DNA from: Candidatus Marinacidobacterales bacterium
Lineage (GTDB): Bacteria; Acidobacteriota; Vicinamibacteria; Marinacidobacterales; SMYC01
Length of the DNA: 64,000 bases
Reading direction: 5' to 3'
NCBI GenBank assembly: GCA_965224085.1
Contig: CBDCYI010000009.1
Coordinates: 672,001-736,000 of the forward strand
In this document: piece by piece, positions 43,821 through 53,486 of the stretch
How the letters are laid out: every line of letters starts with the position of its first letter
Position numbering within the stretch: position 1 is the stretch's first letter
Program-made: the position numbers and the translations under genes
Notes under the pieces: generated by a model
Seen by the model: the letters and a program-made list of their open reading frames with translations, nothing else
What the model was told of the DNA's origin: nothing
The model's database searches: none

Positions 43821-45937
43821 CGCATGCTCGTCGTTTCCGTTTCCGAATCTTCCTTGGGAAGCAGCCGGACTGCCCAAAACCCACTGTAGAGGTCGGTGAA
43901 GAAGATGGTGCCCTTGTGCGGTTGCGGTCCCCAAGCGAAAGGCGCGTTCGGTATGAACCCCTTGGAGTCGTCGGAGTAGAACTTGGCGATCTCACGCCCT
44001 TGCCGATAGAGATCGCCCATCAGCTCTCCGGAGATGTCGACGACGCGAAGGCCGGCGTCGAAGTGGGCGACGTACAGGATCTCCTCTTCCCAGTCGATCC
44101 AGTAGTTATGTGGACCCGATTCGGGGACTTGATAGCGGGCCACCTCCCGCGGGTTCTTCGGGTCGTCGAACTCCACGAAGTGAATCCAGCCCTTCGCATA
44201 CGAGGGAATACGTTCCTGCCAGCTAATGCCAACGCCGGGCGCCAGAGGGTTGTCCCAGAAGGCTTCGTCGCCGCCGACGATATAGAACTTGCCGGCGGAC
44301 TTGCTCTGGAACGGCCACACCGAGTGATTCCATCCGGTGAGCTGTCCCAGGCGGCCCATCTCCACCGGGTTCGTCGGAGAGCCGCCCTTGCCCCCGCCGC
44401 CGACGTCGATCATGATCAGGCCGTCGGTCCGCCCCGCCTGGTAAACGATACCGTCGCGCACCCAGACGTCGTGGATGGCGTGACCCGGCGTCGTGGACTC
44501 GAAACGAGAGACCCGCTGGGGCTTGGTGGGGTCTTCGACGTTAATGACATCCCAGCGACGCCCGTTGTTGACCGCGTAAACGTGTTTGTCGTGAACGAAC
44601 ACGTTGTGCACGCCTCCTGTCAACTGCTCGTCGAACTGAGAGAGAATGCGCACGTTTCGAGGATCGCTCACGTCCAGAACCACGATGCCGTTGCGCCGGT
44701 TCGAAGCCCCCTCGCGGCTGATGACGCAGATGCGTCCGTCCTCGGAGACCTTTACGTCGTTGACGGTCCGGGCGTCGACTTGGATGATATCGATGCGCTG
44801 CATGTTGGAGGGGTCGGTGACGTCGTAGAAATACGCGTGACCCTCCGCGTTCCAAGTGCCGTGAACTGCGTAATCTCGGCCGTCGACCCCCTCCCAGACC
44901 CAGAGATCCGAGGTCACCCGGTCCCCGACGGGCGCATGGCCGACCAGCTCGATCTTTCGCTGAACGTCGCGCGGGGTGATCCGAACGCTCCGTCGGGCTA
45001 AGTGCGGGCCCGACATCGCGATCACGGTGTAGATTCCCGGCTGCTCGGCCACGAAGCGACCGTCGTCGGCCACTTGTGCCGGTGCTCCAGCACCGACGGT
45101 TTCGGCGCGATTGGGGTCCGGCCGGGCCCGCAAGGTGTAAGTGACCGGAGCGTCGGCGACCGGCCGTCCCCTCTCGTCCTTCGCGGTCGTCTCGAAGTGG
45201 ATCACGTCCCCGGTGCGTCCTTCCTCGCGGGAGGCCTCGAGCTCGAGTGAGCGAACCGGATTCTCTCGTACCGTCAGCTCGAAGTTGGCCGTGACCCGTT
45301 CCGCTCGGGCTTCGAGCTTCACTTTCCCGGGTCTCAAGGCGGTAACCTCGCCCACGCCGGCCCGGGCGACGCTGGTGTCGCTGACGCTCAAAACGGATTC
45401 AATGTCCCCGCGGGTGGTCCCGCTCACATCGGTTGCACTCACCTCGACCGGCACCGTGGTTCCGGCATAGAGCGTCGCGGGCAGATCGACGAAATCCAGC
45501 CGGGCCAAAGGTGGCACCGGGACCTTCACTTTGATCGTGGTCCGAATCCCGCTATCGCGTCGACTGTAGCTATCGGGCTCTCCCTCGAAGGGCTCGGTCG
45601 GGGAGAGGGCGGTGAGCTCGTGCTCGCCGGGCCGATAGGCTTCCACCATGCCGGAGGGAGTCACTCCCACTGACGAGCGCGATCCGGAGAAAAAGACCAC
45701 CTGGGCTCCGGGCACGACGTTGCCTTGGGCGTCCTTCACGACCGCTCGAAGCTGTAACTTCTCGCCCACCTCGAGCTCCAACTCTGGCGGGTCGACCTCG
45801 ATGGTCGCCGGCTCTCTCTCCTGAAGGCTGGTTGGTGACGCGGCCGTTGCTTCTGCTGGGCCGAGAGCCAAGGCCAGACAAAGGAGCCCAGGGATGAACG
45901 CTAGCCGGATCATCGGCCTCCGAAACACTTCTTGCAT
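43817..45937 (-). CDS. Secreted Ig-like + LVIVD-type beta-propeller protein (paralogue A)
   Basis: Same architecture as paralogue B; GGAGG RBS before ATG 45937; stop overlaps the paralogue B start. Confidence 0.82.
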   Translation of the reverse strand: MQEVFRRPMIRLAFIPGLLCLALALGPAEATAASPTSLQEREPATIEVDPPELELEVGEKLQLRAVVKDAQGNVVPGAQVVFFSGSRSSVGVTPSGMVEAYRPGEHELTALSPTEPFEGEPDSYSRRDSGIRTTIKVKVPVPPLARLDFVDLPATLYAGTTVPVEVSATDVSGTTRGDIESVLSVSDTSVARAGVGEVTALRPGKVKLEARAERVTANFELTVRENPVRSLELEASREEGRTGDVIHFETTAKDERGRPVADAPVTYTLRARPDPNRAETVGAGAPAQVADDGRFVAEQPGIYTVIAMSGPHLARRSVRITPRDVQRKIELVGHAPVGDRVTSDLWVWEGVDGRDYAVHGTWNAEGHAYFYDVTDPSNMQRIDIIQVDARTVNDVKVSEDGRICVISREGASNRRNGIVVLDVSDPRNVRILSQFDEQLTGGVHNVFVHDKHVYAVNNGRRWDVINVEDPTKPQRVSRFESTTPGHAIHDVWVRDGIVYQAGRTDGLIMIDVGGGGKGGSPTNPVEMGRLGQLTGWNHSVWPFQSKSAGKFYIVGGDEAFWDNPLAPGVGISWQERIPSYAKGWIHFVEFDDPKNPREVARYQVPESGPHNYWIDWEEEILYVAHFDAGLRVVDISGELMGDLYRQGREIAKFYSDDSKGFIPNAPFAWGPQPHKGTIFFTDLYSGFWAVRLLPKEDSETETTSMR

Positions 45938-46044
45938 GACTGATTCCTCCAGGTCCCGTTCTTGCCGTGTCGATGTTCCCTGAACGAAGAAGGACCTAAA
46001 CAGATGTGAAAGTTTCATAAAATCACCGCCCGATCCACGCGCCC

Positions 46045-46075
46045 CGTGTTAACACGCGGTCGGTTCGAGTGTCAA
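46045..46075 (-). promoter_or_regulatory. Probable promoter/operator of the propeller operon
   Basis: Minus-strand TTGACA (46070-46075), with the perfect palindrome CGTGTTAACACG (46045-46056) over the -10 position. Confidence 0.5.
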
Positions 46076-46222
46076 GCCGGCAAGGTAATAGGGTAATACG
46101 GCGGCGTCTGAGAACGGCCTGATGGAGTCCGGAGGGATGCGCTTCCTGTCGCCCGCCGAGCCCTCGTCGTCTTTTCTTGCGCGCTCGGTGCGGACGACCT
46201 GTTCGGCGAACGCCGTCGGCTC

Positions 46223-46472
46223 TCACTCCCCGAAGCAGTAAAGTGTGGATAGTTTCCGGATATAGATGCGCCCGTCGGCGATGGCGGGTGTGGCTTAGCT
46301 GTCCTCTCCGAGATCGTTGACCGCAAGGACTCTCAGGCTGCCATCCGGGCTCAGCACGGCCACCTTGCTGGTCTCGCTCACCATGAAAATCTTCCTATCC
46401 GCCGCAACCGGCGAGGCGAAGTACTTGTCGATGGCCCCTCGAAGCCGTCCTTGTTCGATGAGCGCTTCCCGT
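46223..46472 (-). pseudogene. PQQ-like beta-propeller C-terminal fragment with internal TAA (46295-46297)
   Basis: YFASPVAADRKIF...LAVNDLGEDS*ATPAIADGRIYIR...LYCFG. Confidence 0.75.
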
Positions 46473-46596
46473 CAAGGATCGAGCGAAGTCACGATCCACC
46501 GTGTCGAAGGCGACGTGCGCTCCCGGCTGACTTCTGGGTTCCCGAACCCGTTGATGTAGCGGTTGCCGCCGATATCCCTGATCTCGCATCCGCAAA

Positions 46597-46935
46597 ATGG
46601 CGGTTGGCCGCGATGCTCATTCAGACGGGAGAGGACGCGCGGGCGCTCGAGCTCCTTGCCCCCTCGAGAAAGACTTTCCGAACCAGTTCGAGGTTCTCGC
46701 CGGCCTCGGGGTCGTTTACTACTTCAGGGGTGATCTGGCCCGCACCGTGGATTACTTGGAACGCGCCATCGCGGTCCGCCCTCCCAACGACGGCTTGCTC
46801 ATTTCGCTCGCTGACAGCCACGAGCGACTGGGGAATTCGGAAAAGGCCCGGCAGTACTTCGAGCGCTCGCTCGAATTGAATCCCGACCATCCTGGGATAC
46901 GCGAACGGTTGACGGGTCTGAAAGAGGACGATTGA
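46597..46935 (+). pseudogene. TPR protein C-terminal fragment
   Basis: LAGLGVVYY...YLERA...LADSH...A..YFERSLELNPD; frameshift near 46665. Confidence 0.65.
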
Positions 46936-46985
46936 CCTGCCCCTAACCAGAGCTGCCCCGCGGGTTGGTGTAAAGAAGGGCGTAG

Positions 46986-47337
46986 CTCGAGTTCGACGAT
47001 TTGAACGAGCCCAAGGAAATCGCCCGCTACCGCGTTCCGAGGCGGGCCCCCACAACCTATGATAGATTGGGAACAAGAGATTATGTACTTCGCCTACTTC
47101 AACGGCGGGCTTCGAATCGTGGACGTCTCGGGCGAGTTCGTGGGTGACCTGTATCGCCAAGGCCGCGAGATAGCGAAATTCTATTCGGATGACACGGCCG
47201 GATACGTCCCCAACTCGCCTTTCGTCTGGGGGCCTCAGCCGCACAAAGGCGTCATTTTCTTTTCGGATTTCCACAGCGGGCTCTGGGCCGTACGGTTCGC
47301 GGACAGCGGAGACCGATCGTCGGGGAGCATGCCATGA
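46986..47337 (+). pseudogene. Third LVIVD-propeller paralogue, C-terminal fragment, opposite orientation
   Basis: EFDD...EIARYRVP, AGPHN and IDWEQEIMY...GDLYRQGREIAKFYSDD...WGPQPHKG; two frameshifts. Confidence 0.85.
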
Positions 47338-48380
47338 GGCATCTACTAGCTTTCCTTTTCCTCGCAGCCCCGTCCTATGCGGGCGACCCTGTGACGGCCA
47401 ACTACTACGCCTACGTCGCGGCCGAATCGGACGATACCGTGGACCTCATCAAGTTCGGACCGGCGGGTGGCGAGCTCGTGAAACGTATCCCTGTCGGGAT
47501 TCTCCCGAACGAGATCGAAGGCCCTCACGGCATCAAAGTCGCGCCCGGGGGCCGCTATTGGTTCGTCTCGATCGCGCACGGCATGCCGTATGGCTACGTC
47601 TTCAAATATGAAGCGGGCGTCGACGTCGCCGTCGCAGACACCCAGGCCGGGCTTTTCCCCGCGACGATGGACATCAGCCCAACGACAGGCTTTCTGTTCG
47701 TCGTCAACTTCAATCTCCATGGCGATCACGAGCCCAGCAACGTTTCGGTCATCGATACGATCTCGATGACTGAAATCGCGCAAATTGAACAAGGCATCAT
47801 GCCTCACGGATCGCGGGTGAGCCCCGATGGCCGATTCGCCTACTCGGTAGCGATGATGTCGAACGAGCTATTCGAGATCGACGCGATGACGCTCGACGTG
47901 AGCCGGAGACTGAAGCTCACCCTCGACGACGGCAGTGCAACGGTCAAGCCGACTTGGGTGCAGCCCCATCCGACGAAGCCTTTGGCCTATGTCACGTTCA
48001 ACGGCGCGAGCCAAGTCGTCGAAGTCGATTTGAAGCGCTGGAGAATCGGCCGGCGCTTCCACACGAATGCTGGCCCCTACAATCTCGCGGTCAGCCCGGA
48101 CGGGAAGACGCTCGTCGTCACGGAGAAGTCCAATCACTCCACGGCGTTTTGGGATCTCGACTCAGGCAAGGAGCGCAAGAGCATTCCCTGCACCAACAAG
48201 ATCACTCACGGCGTGACCATAACACCCGACAGCCGCTTCGCCTTCGTGACCGTCGAAGGCGTGGGCGGCGACCCAGGACTCGTGGAAGTCTACGACCTCC
48301 AAGACCTCGAGCGGCGTGCCGTGATCGAAGTGGGAAAGCAGGCTTCCGGAATCGATTTCTGGAAGATGGAGGAGCCTTGA
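47334..48380 (+). CDS. Secreted YncE/YVTN-type beta-propeller
   Basis: Signal peptide and repeated (P)HG..V(S/A/T)P.G blades; translationally coupled to the LVIVD fragment. Confidence 0.85.
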   Translation: MRHLLAFLFLAAPSYAGDPVTANYYAYVAAESDDTVDLIKFGPAGGELVKRIPVGILPNEIEGPHGIKVAPGGRYWFVSIAHGMPYGYVFKYEAGVDVAVADTQAGLFPATMDISPTTGFLFVVNFNLHGDHEPSNVSVIDTISMTEIAQIEQGIMPHGSRVSPDGRFAYSVAMMSNELFEIDAMTLDVSRRLKLTLDDGSATVKPTWVQPHPTKPLAYVTFNGASQVVEVDLKRWRIGRRFHTNAGPYNLAVSPDGKTLVVTEKSNHSTAFWDLDSGKERKSIPCTNKITHGVTITPDSRFAFVTVEGVGGDPGLVEVYDLQDLERRAVIEVGKQASGIDFWKMEEP

Positions 48381-48382
48381 AC

Positions 48383-48830
48383 GGAAACCGATGTAGTCGC
48401 CTTCGAGGGAGAGGTACCGTTGTAGTGTCGCTCTCGAGCGCGCCCAGCGGTTGCGTACCGTGTTGGAGTATTGCGGCCCCAGGATGACGGGATATTTCTT
48501 TCCCGGCTCCAGCCCGGGCGGTACCACAACGCGGCCGTGCCGCGTGTAGTCGTCGATACGGCTTTCGAAGGTGACGTAGCGAGGCTCGCCGATATTCGTA
48601 GAACGCGTCCGGTGGAGAGTGCGTGATGCGCCGCTTCTGGTTTGCTCCTTCGGTCTCCAAAAGATAGAGCTCGGTGGGCGACGTATCGCTGGAATGGAGC
48701 ACCGCCAGCTTCGTGCCGTCGGGAGAGAGGAACGGCTCGTGCAGTCCGTCCATCGTCGTGATCCGCTCGGGCGAGCCTCGCGCTTCCGGCATCCGACCGG
48801 CATCCTTCCAGTGAAGGTACAATCGCTGCT
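48383..48830 (-). pseudogene. S9 (DPP-IV/acylaminoacyl) peptidase internal fragment
   Basis: LSPDGTKLA..HS...PTELY, YVTFES and PPGLEPGKKYPVI; both ends lost. Confidence 0.7.
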
Positions 48831-48847
48831 CCAGACTGGAGGCCATC

Positions 48848-50004
48848 ATGAAGCTCAGGTATTTCATCGAACCCTTCGCCGTCACCCTTGTCCTTGGCGG
48901 GTGCTTGCTCGTCACCGCGAACGTCGAGGCGCAAGAGACGACAACGTCGGCAGAGTACGACTACACCCGAGAAGCGGAACTGGCGTCGCGGCTCGATCTA
49001 GACAACCCGGACCCGGACGAGATTCGGCGCATCTTCGCTCGTCGGCGGGCGCGCGTGCTCCACGCCATTCCCGACGGAGCGATGCTCGTGTTCTCCGCCG
49101 AACGATCCCAGCCGAGGCGGCTCGAGTTTCAGGTGCCCCACAGCGAGAATCACGACTTCATCTTCCTGACTGACGTCGAAGGACTCGACAGCTACGACTC
49201 GGCGATTCTCCTCGTTCCCACCGAGGAGAAGGATTGGGTGGTTCTGTACACGTCGGCCGATGTCGAAGCCATGCGGTCGGTCACGGGCATCGAGGATGTT
49301 CGCCCTTTTCCGGAACTCGAAGAAGACCTCTCGGTGGCGCTCACCGACTACCGCGACTGGCGCATCACCCAGATCCGCCGGTGGCCGCTTCCCGCCGCGC
49401 TCTCGAAAACCTGGGGTCGTGACGACAAGGTCCTCTATCTCAACTATCCGCGCTTCCTGCGATTGGGGATGCCGGAGCCCCCACGGCTCGCGTACTTCGA
49501 GAGGCTGAAGCGGTTCTCGCCCGAGCTCGACATTCGCGATTCGGGCGACATCCTGGACGCGGTCCGGATGCTCCACGACGCCTACGGCCTCGCTTCGCTC
49601 CGGCGCGCGGTGGCGATCACCGGGGAAGGGATCGTCGAGGGTTTGCGGGCGGTGCGCCCCGGCCTTACCGAAAAGCACATCATGGAGATCATGGACTTCG
49701 TCTACCGGTATCGGGGAGGGATCCTGGGTTTTCCGACCGCGGTCCGAAAAATGCCGATGGCCGGTCCGATGCACCGCCGGATGGTTCCCGAGGGCTTCAT
49801 CCAGTTCGTTCCCCGCTCGGGAGGAAGAGTCTTCGAGGCAAGCGATATGGTCCACGTGGACACCGGGGCCGCCTTCAATCACCACTCGGCGGATCTCCAG
49901 CGGAACGTTCCGGTGGACGGAAAGTTCTCACCTGAGCAAAGGAGGATCTACCAGATCGCCCTCGACGTTCAGAAAACGGTGATCGCACGGATCAAGCCGG
50001 GTGT
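48848..50004 (+). pseudogene. M24B aminopeptidase P-like, 3'-truncated
   Basis: N-terminal domain, then VDTGA..NHHSADLQRNVPVDGKFSPEQ and IKPG. Cut before the His/Glu metal ligands. Confidence 0.75.
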
Positions 50005-50160
50005 TTTCTCTTCCGTCAGGCCGGCGGCGATGCGCACGCGCTCGCGTAGCCGGTCGACTTCGTGAATTTCATCGTGGACGGCACGAGCGATCTTCAGATG
50101 AAAGCTGTTCGAGCCGAGGTCGACGGCCGCGAAGGTGTCGGCGAAGTTGTTGTCAGTCAT
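50005..50160 (-). pseudogene. ppx: Exopolyphosphatase Ppx/GppA N-terminal fragment
   Basis: FAAVDLGSNSFHLKIAR...VDRLRERVRIAAGL, then collides with the M24 gene. Confidence 0.85.
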
Positions 50161-50176
50161 GTCGTATGATGCGCCT

Positions 50177-50926
50177 ATGGCCACTTACGTCGTCGGCGAC
50201 GTACAAGGTTGTTTTATCACGCTCGAGCGGCTTCTTGCGCGTATCGATTTCGACGCGTCTCAGGATCGCTTGTGGTTTGTCGGCGACCTCGTGAATCGCG
50301 GGCCGAGCTCGCTCGAAGTGCTGCGCTTCGTTCGTGCGCTCGGCGCGAGTGCTATCACCGTTCTCGGCAATCACGACCTCCATCTCATCGAGCGCCACCG
50401 TGGGAGTCGAGCGCCGAGACGACATGATACGTTCGACGACGTTCTCGAAGCGGCCGATGGCGACGCGCTCATAGACTGGCTCGTCGAGAAGCCCTTGCTT
50501 CACCGCAACGGTGACGCGGTCATGGTGCATGCGGGCATCTTGCCCACGTGGAGCCTGGCCGAGGCCGAGAGGCTCGCGAAAAAGGCGAGCGCTGCGCTCC
50601 GGGATGGAGGGGTCGATGGAAAGCTTCGCACGGCGCTCGACGGGCTGACGCGACTACGCACGTGCTCGAAGGATGGAGAGATGTGTCTCGACTATGCCGG
50701 TCCGCCACGCGGCGCTCCCAAAGGTTGCCGGCCCTGGTTCGAGATGGCAAGCCTCCCCGACGGCGTGATGGTCTATTTCGGACATTGGGCGAGCCTCGGG
50801 CTGTACCTGGGCACCAACGCCATCGGGCTCGATACCGGCTGTGTCTGGGGACGAAGTCTGACGGCGATGCGCCTCGAGGATCGCGAGGTCTTTCAAGAAC
50901 CTAGCGAGATCGGCGCGGGCCGGTAG
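50177..50926 (+). CDS. apaH: Symmetrical Ap4A hydrolase
   Basis: GDVQGC, GDLVNRGP, LGNHD, VHAG, FGHW and LDTGCVWG. Confidence 0.93.
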   Translation: MATYVVGDVQGCFITLERLLARIDFDASQDRLWFVGDLVNRGPSSLEVLRFVRALGASAITVLGNHDLHLIERHRGSRAPRRHDTFDDVLEAADGDALIDWLVEKPLLHRNGDAVMVHAGILPTWSLAEAERLAKKASAALRDGGVDGKLRTALDGLTRLRTCSKDGEMCLDYAGPPRGAPKGCRPWFEMASLPDGVMVYFGHWASLGLYLGTNAIGLDTGCVWGRSLTAMRLEDREVFQEPSEIGAGR

Positions 50927-52337
50927 CCCGGGCGAGCGCTTCGGGCTCGTACTTCTTGACGCCAGTGATTTCACGCAGAAGCTCCGTTCGGACCCACTCC
51001 GGGATAGTAAGCTCCGCGGCCGCCTCGACCGTTGCAAGCACGAGATCTTGTGACGGGATGGCGATGATGGTCCAGACGCGTCCGTTGTCCTCGAGCTCGT
51101 GACGGCGGCATTCGAGCTGCCGCCCTTCGGTGAGAGCCCAAAGTTTCTCGAAAGCCGGGCGTGTGAGTCTCTCTTCGATAGCACCCGCGCCGTTCGATTC
51201 GACGCGGCGGGAATATCGAACCCGCCGGCCCATGCGTACGGCGCGCACGCGCTCGCGGATGGTACTGCCCGGAATCCATCCTTCGCGGATCCCTTCGCCG
51301 CTTTTCTTGCCCAGGCCCGCCGGTAGGTTTGCGAGCAGAAAGCAGCGCTTTGCGAGCTCGCGCGCCGGCCATATCCTCAGAAGTCCGACGAAGCGGGAGA
51401 TGCGCTCGAAATAGGATGCGCCGAGAGGGCCGATCCACCGGCGCTCGAGATCGTCGAAACAACGATCTCGGCGCTCGCGCTGTCGCCTTAAGAGTGTGAG
51501 GAGGCCCGTATTTTGCGAAGGGTAGGCTGCGGGCAGCTCTTCGGCTCGTAGCGCGAGGTCCCGGAGCTTTCTAGCTTCCTCGAGCGCCGAGCTTTCGAGC
51601 GCTTCGGAGATCTCGGTCGTCAGGACGCGCGTATCTTGAAGCTCGCCGAGACAATCCTGGAGTGATTTCATCCCCTTGATGAGCGGACGCGCCTCGAGGA
51701 GCTCGTTTTGCAGAGGCTCCAGGATGTAGCGAAGTCGCTTGGTTTCGATGCGCGCGCGATGAAGAAGCTCGGCATCTTCCGCAGAGTGCGCGGCCGCGAG
51801 GCTCTTTTGGAGATCGTCGGCATGCACTGCGAGGATCTCGGCGGTGGCGGCGACGAAGGTGGTGTTGGTCTCTTCGGTCGGGAGCCTCATCCGCGTGAAA
51901 GCGTGTTTCAAGTCTTTGTCGAGCGCACGGAACGCGCGCCGAAGAACGGTGACGCTGGGTGTTGCTTGCTGTTTAGCGTCGAGCAGGGACAACAAGTGGC
52001 TGGCTCCGGCCCGCTCGGCCTCTCCGAGGCGCTCGCGCTCGCCCACAAGCCATTCGATCGCGACCTCTGCGTCGCGGGCGAGGTTCGTGGAAGAAGCCAG
52101 TGTTTTCACGCGCGCCCGGAGCCGATTTGCGCCGGAGCCTTTCAGCTGGCCGCGATAGGCGCGCATCAAGCTTCGCAGCCGACGAAGCGACACGCGGAAA
52201 TCGTGCAAGCCTTCTTTGTACTCGGGGTTCTCCATGCGCTCGAGCGCACGGGCCGCTTCGTTTTGGAGTCTCGAGCACAAGCGACGCACCGTTTCCTCTG
52301 GCGCGCGCTCCAGCAGATGTCGCGGAAGTCTAGCCAT
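50901..52337 (-). CDS. CHAD domain protein with C-terminal CYTH-like domain
   Basis: LHDFRVSLRRLRS, LHRARIETKRLRY and LQDCLGELQD; CYTH-like FEKLWALTEGR...EITG. Confidence 0.85.
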   Translation of the reverse strand: MARLPRHLLERAPEETVRRLCSRLQNEAARALERMENPEYKEGLHDFRVSLRRLRSLMRAYRGQLKGSGANRLRARVKTLASSTNLARDAEVAIEWLVGERERLGEAERAGASHLLSLLDAKQQATPSVTVLRRAFRALDKDLKHAFTRMRLPTEETNTTFVAATAEILAVHADDLQKSLAAAHSAEDAELLHRARIETKRLRYILEPLQNELLEARPLIKGMKSLQDCLGELQDTRVLTTEISEALESSALEEARKLRDLALRAEELPAAYPSQNTGLLTLLRRQRERRDRCFDDLERRWIGPLGASYFERISRFVGLLRIWPARELAKRCFLLANLPAGLGKKSGEGIREGWIPGSTIRERVRAVRMGRRVRYSRRVESNGAGAIEERLTRPAFEKLWALTEGRQLECRRHELEDNGRVWTIIAIPSQDLVLATVEAAAELTIPEWVRTELLREITGVKKYEPEALARATGPRRSR

Positions 52338-52512
52338 TGTGTTACGGTAATTGTAATTCGAACAACAACCTAGCGAAACCCCGCGGGACCAAAGGAGAGT
52401 GCACCTTATGGTAGCGCGTCGTTATCAATGGCTCCTGACTTCAGCTTCGAGACGCTGAAGGCTATCGTCGGCAAAATTGCTTCGCGGCTTTGAGGCGTCG
52501 GACCTTGCCCTG

Positions 52513-53385
52513 CTAGGGCCGGTCGGGCCAAGGCTCCTCTTTGACAGCGTCGAATGGCTCCGCCGAGAACGCGCGCCGCATCGCTTCGCGCGTGCCCATG
52601 TCGTAGGAGTCTCCAGGCCGAAGGAAGTAGAAACGGCCCTCACCGGCTAGCGTCCGCTGGTAGTCGTAGATGGCGACCACGCTTTGGCCGAGCACTTCGA
52701 AACGGTCCCCTCGAACGATGATCGCCGTGTCCTCGTCGAGACCGATGCCGAGCAATTGAGGATATTTCTCGATCAAAGGGATGAGGTCGAAGTGCCGGTT
52801 GCGGGCGAGCAGATGCTGGTCGATGGCGATGTTCTTGAGAAAGCTGAACCCTTCCTCATGGTCGCCCATCATGATGTTGTTGCTCTTCGTGTCCCCGCGC
52901 GCGAGATAGGAGCCCTGGATGGTTGCCCCTGCGGAGGAGCCGCCGATGACCCCGCCTCTTTCGAGCACTTTGTGAAGCTCGAGCTCGGTTCGTGTATCGA
53001 GATAGGCGTCCGCTAGGCGCCACTGCCGGCCGCCGGGAAACCACACCCCGCGCGCCTCCCGGATGGGCTCTACAAACGCGTCGCTATTGGCAACGTTGCG
53101 GTCCCGGGTATGGATGACGGTGACCTGTTGCACTCCGAACTTCCGCCAGCGCCGCGCGCCCGGGTAATATTGGTCGTAATGGTCCCCTGCGCCCGCGGTG
53201 GGGATGATGACGAGGGGAGCTTCCGGGCCCCCGGCGAGCTCGATGAATCGCTCCATGATCGCCGGATCTTTCATGGCGCCGCCCACGATAACGAGCGCCC
53301 CCTGGGACGGGCCCACCTCTTGGGCGGTGGCCAGGACGCAGCTGACAAGAAGTAGGCCAAGCGCCTGAAATAAGTTCTTACACAT
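52513..53385 (-). CDS. Cyanophycinase (peptidase S51), secreted
   Basis: LVIVGG, IPTA, GGRQWRL, GGSSAGA, IDQH and GLDEDTA; signal peptide. Confidence 0.88.
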   Translation of the reverse strand: MCKNLFQALGLLLVSCVLATAQEVGPSQGALVIVGGAMKDPAIMERFIELAGGPEAPLVIIPTAGAGDHYDQYYPGARRWRKFGVQQVTVIHTRDRNVANSDAFVEPIREARGVWFPGGRQWRLADAYLDTRTELELHKVLERGGVIGGSSAGATIQGSYLARGDTKSNNIMMGDHEEGFSFLKNIAIDQHLLARNRHFDLIPLIEKYPQLLGIGLDEDTAIIVRGDRFEVLGQSVVAIYDYQRTLAGEGRFYFLRPGDSYDMGTREAMRRAFSAEPFDAVKEEPWPDRP

Positions 53386-53486
53386 GATGTCGGTCCTTCC
53401 GATGGATATGAGTGTCTATCGAAGGCCAGGGAAACACGATTTAATCACAAGCGCGGGGTCCGACGCGAATTGTTATCATTCCACCA

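Noticed and set aside
47050-47070. In-frame TGA as selenocysteine (also TGA near 20359), given selB in the window
   Set aside because: Homology resumes in a different frame, so these are single-base deletions; the window's redoxins have ordinary CxxC motifs.
52335-52360. Pho-box-like repeats upstream of the CHAD gene
   Set aside because: The ACAAT repeats are 12 bp apart rather than 11, and the match is weak.
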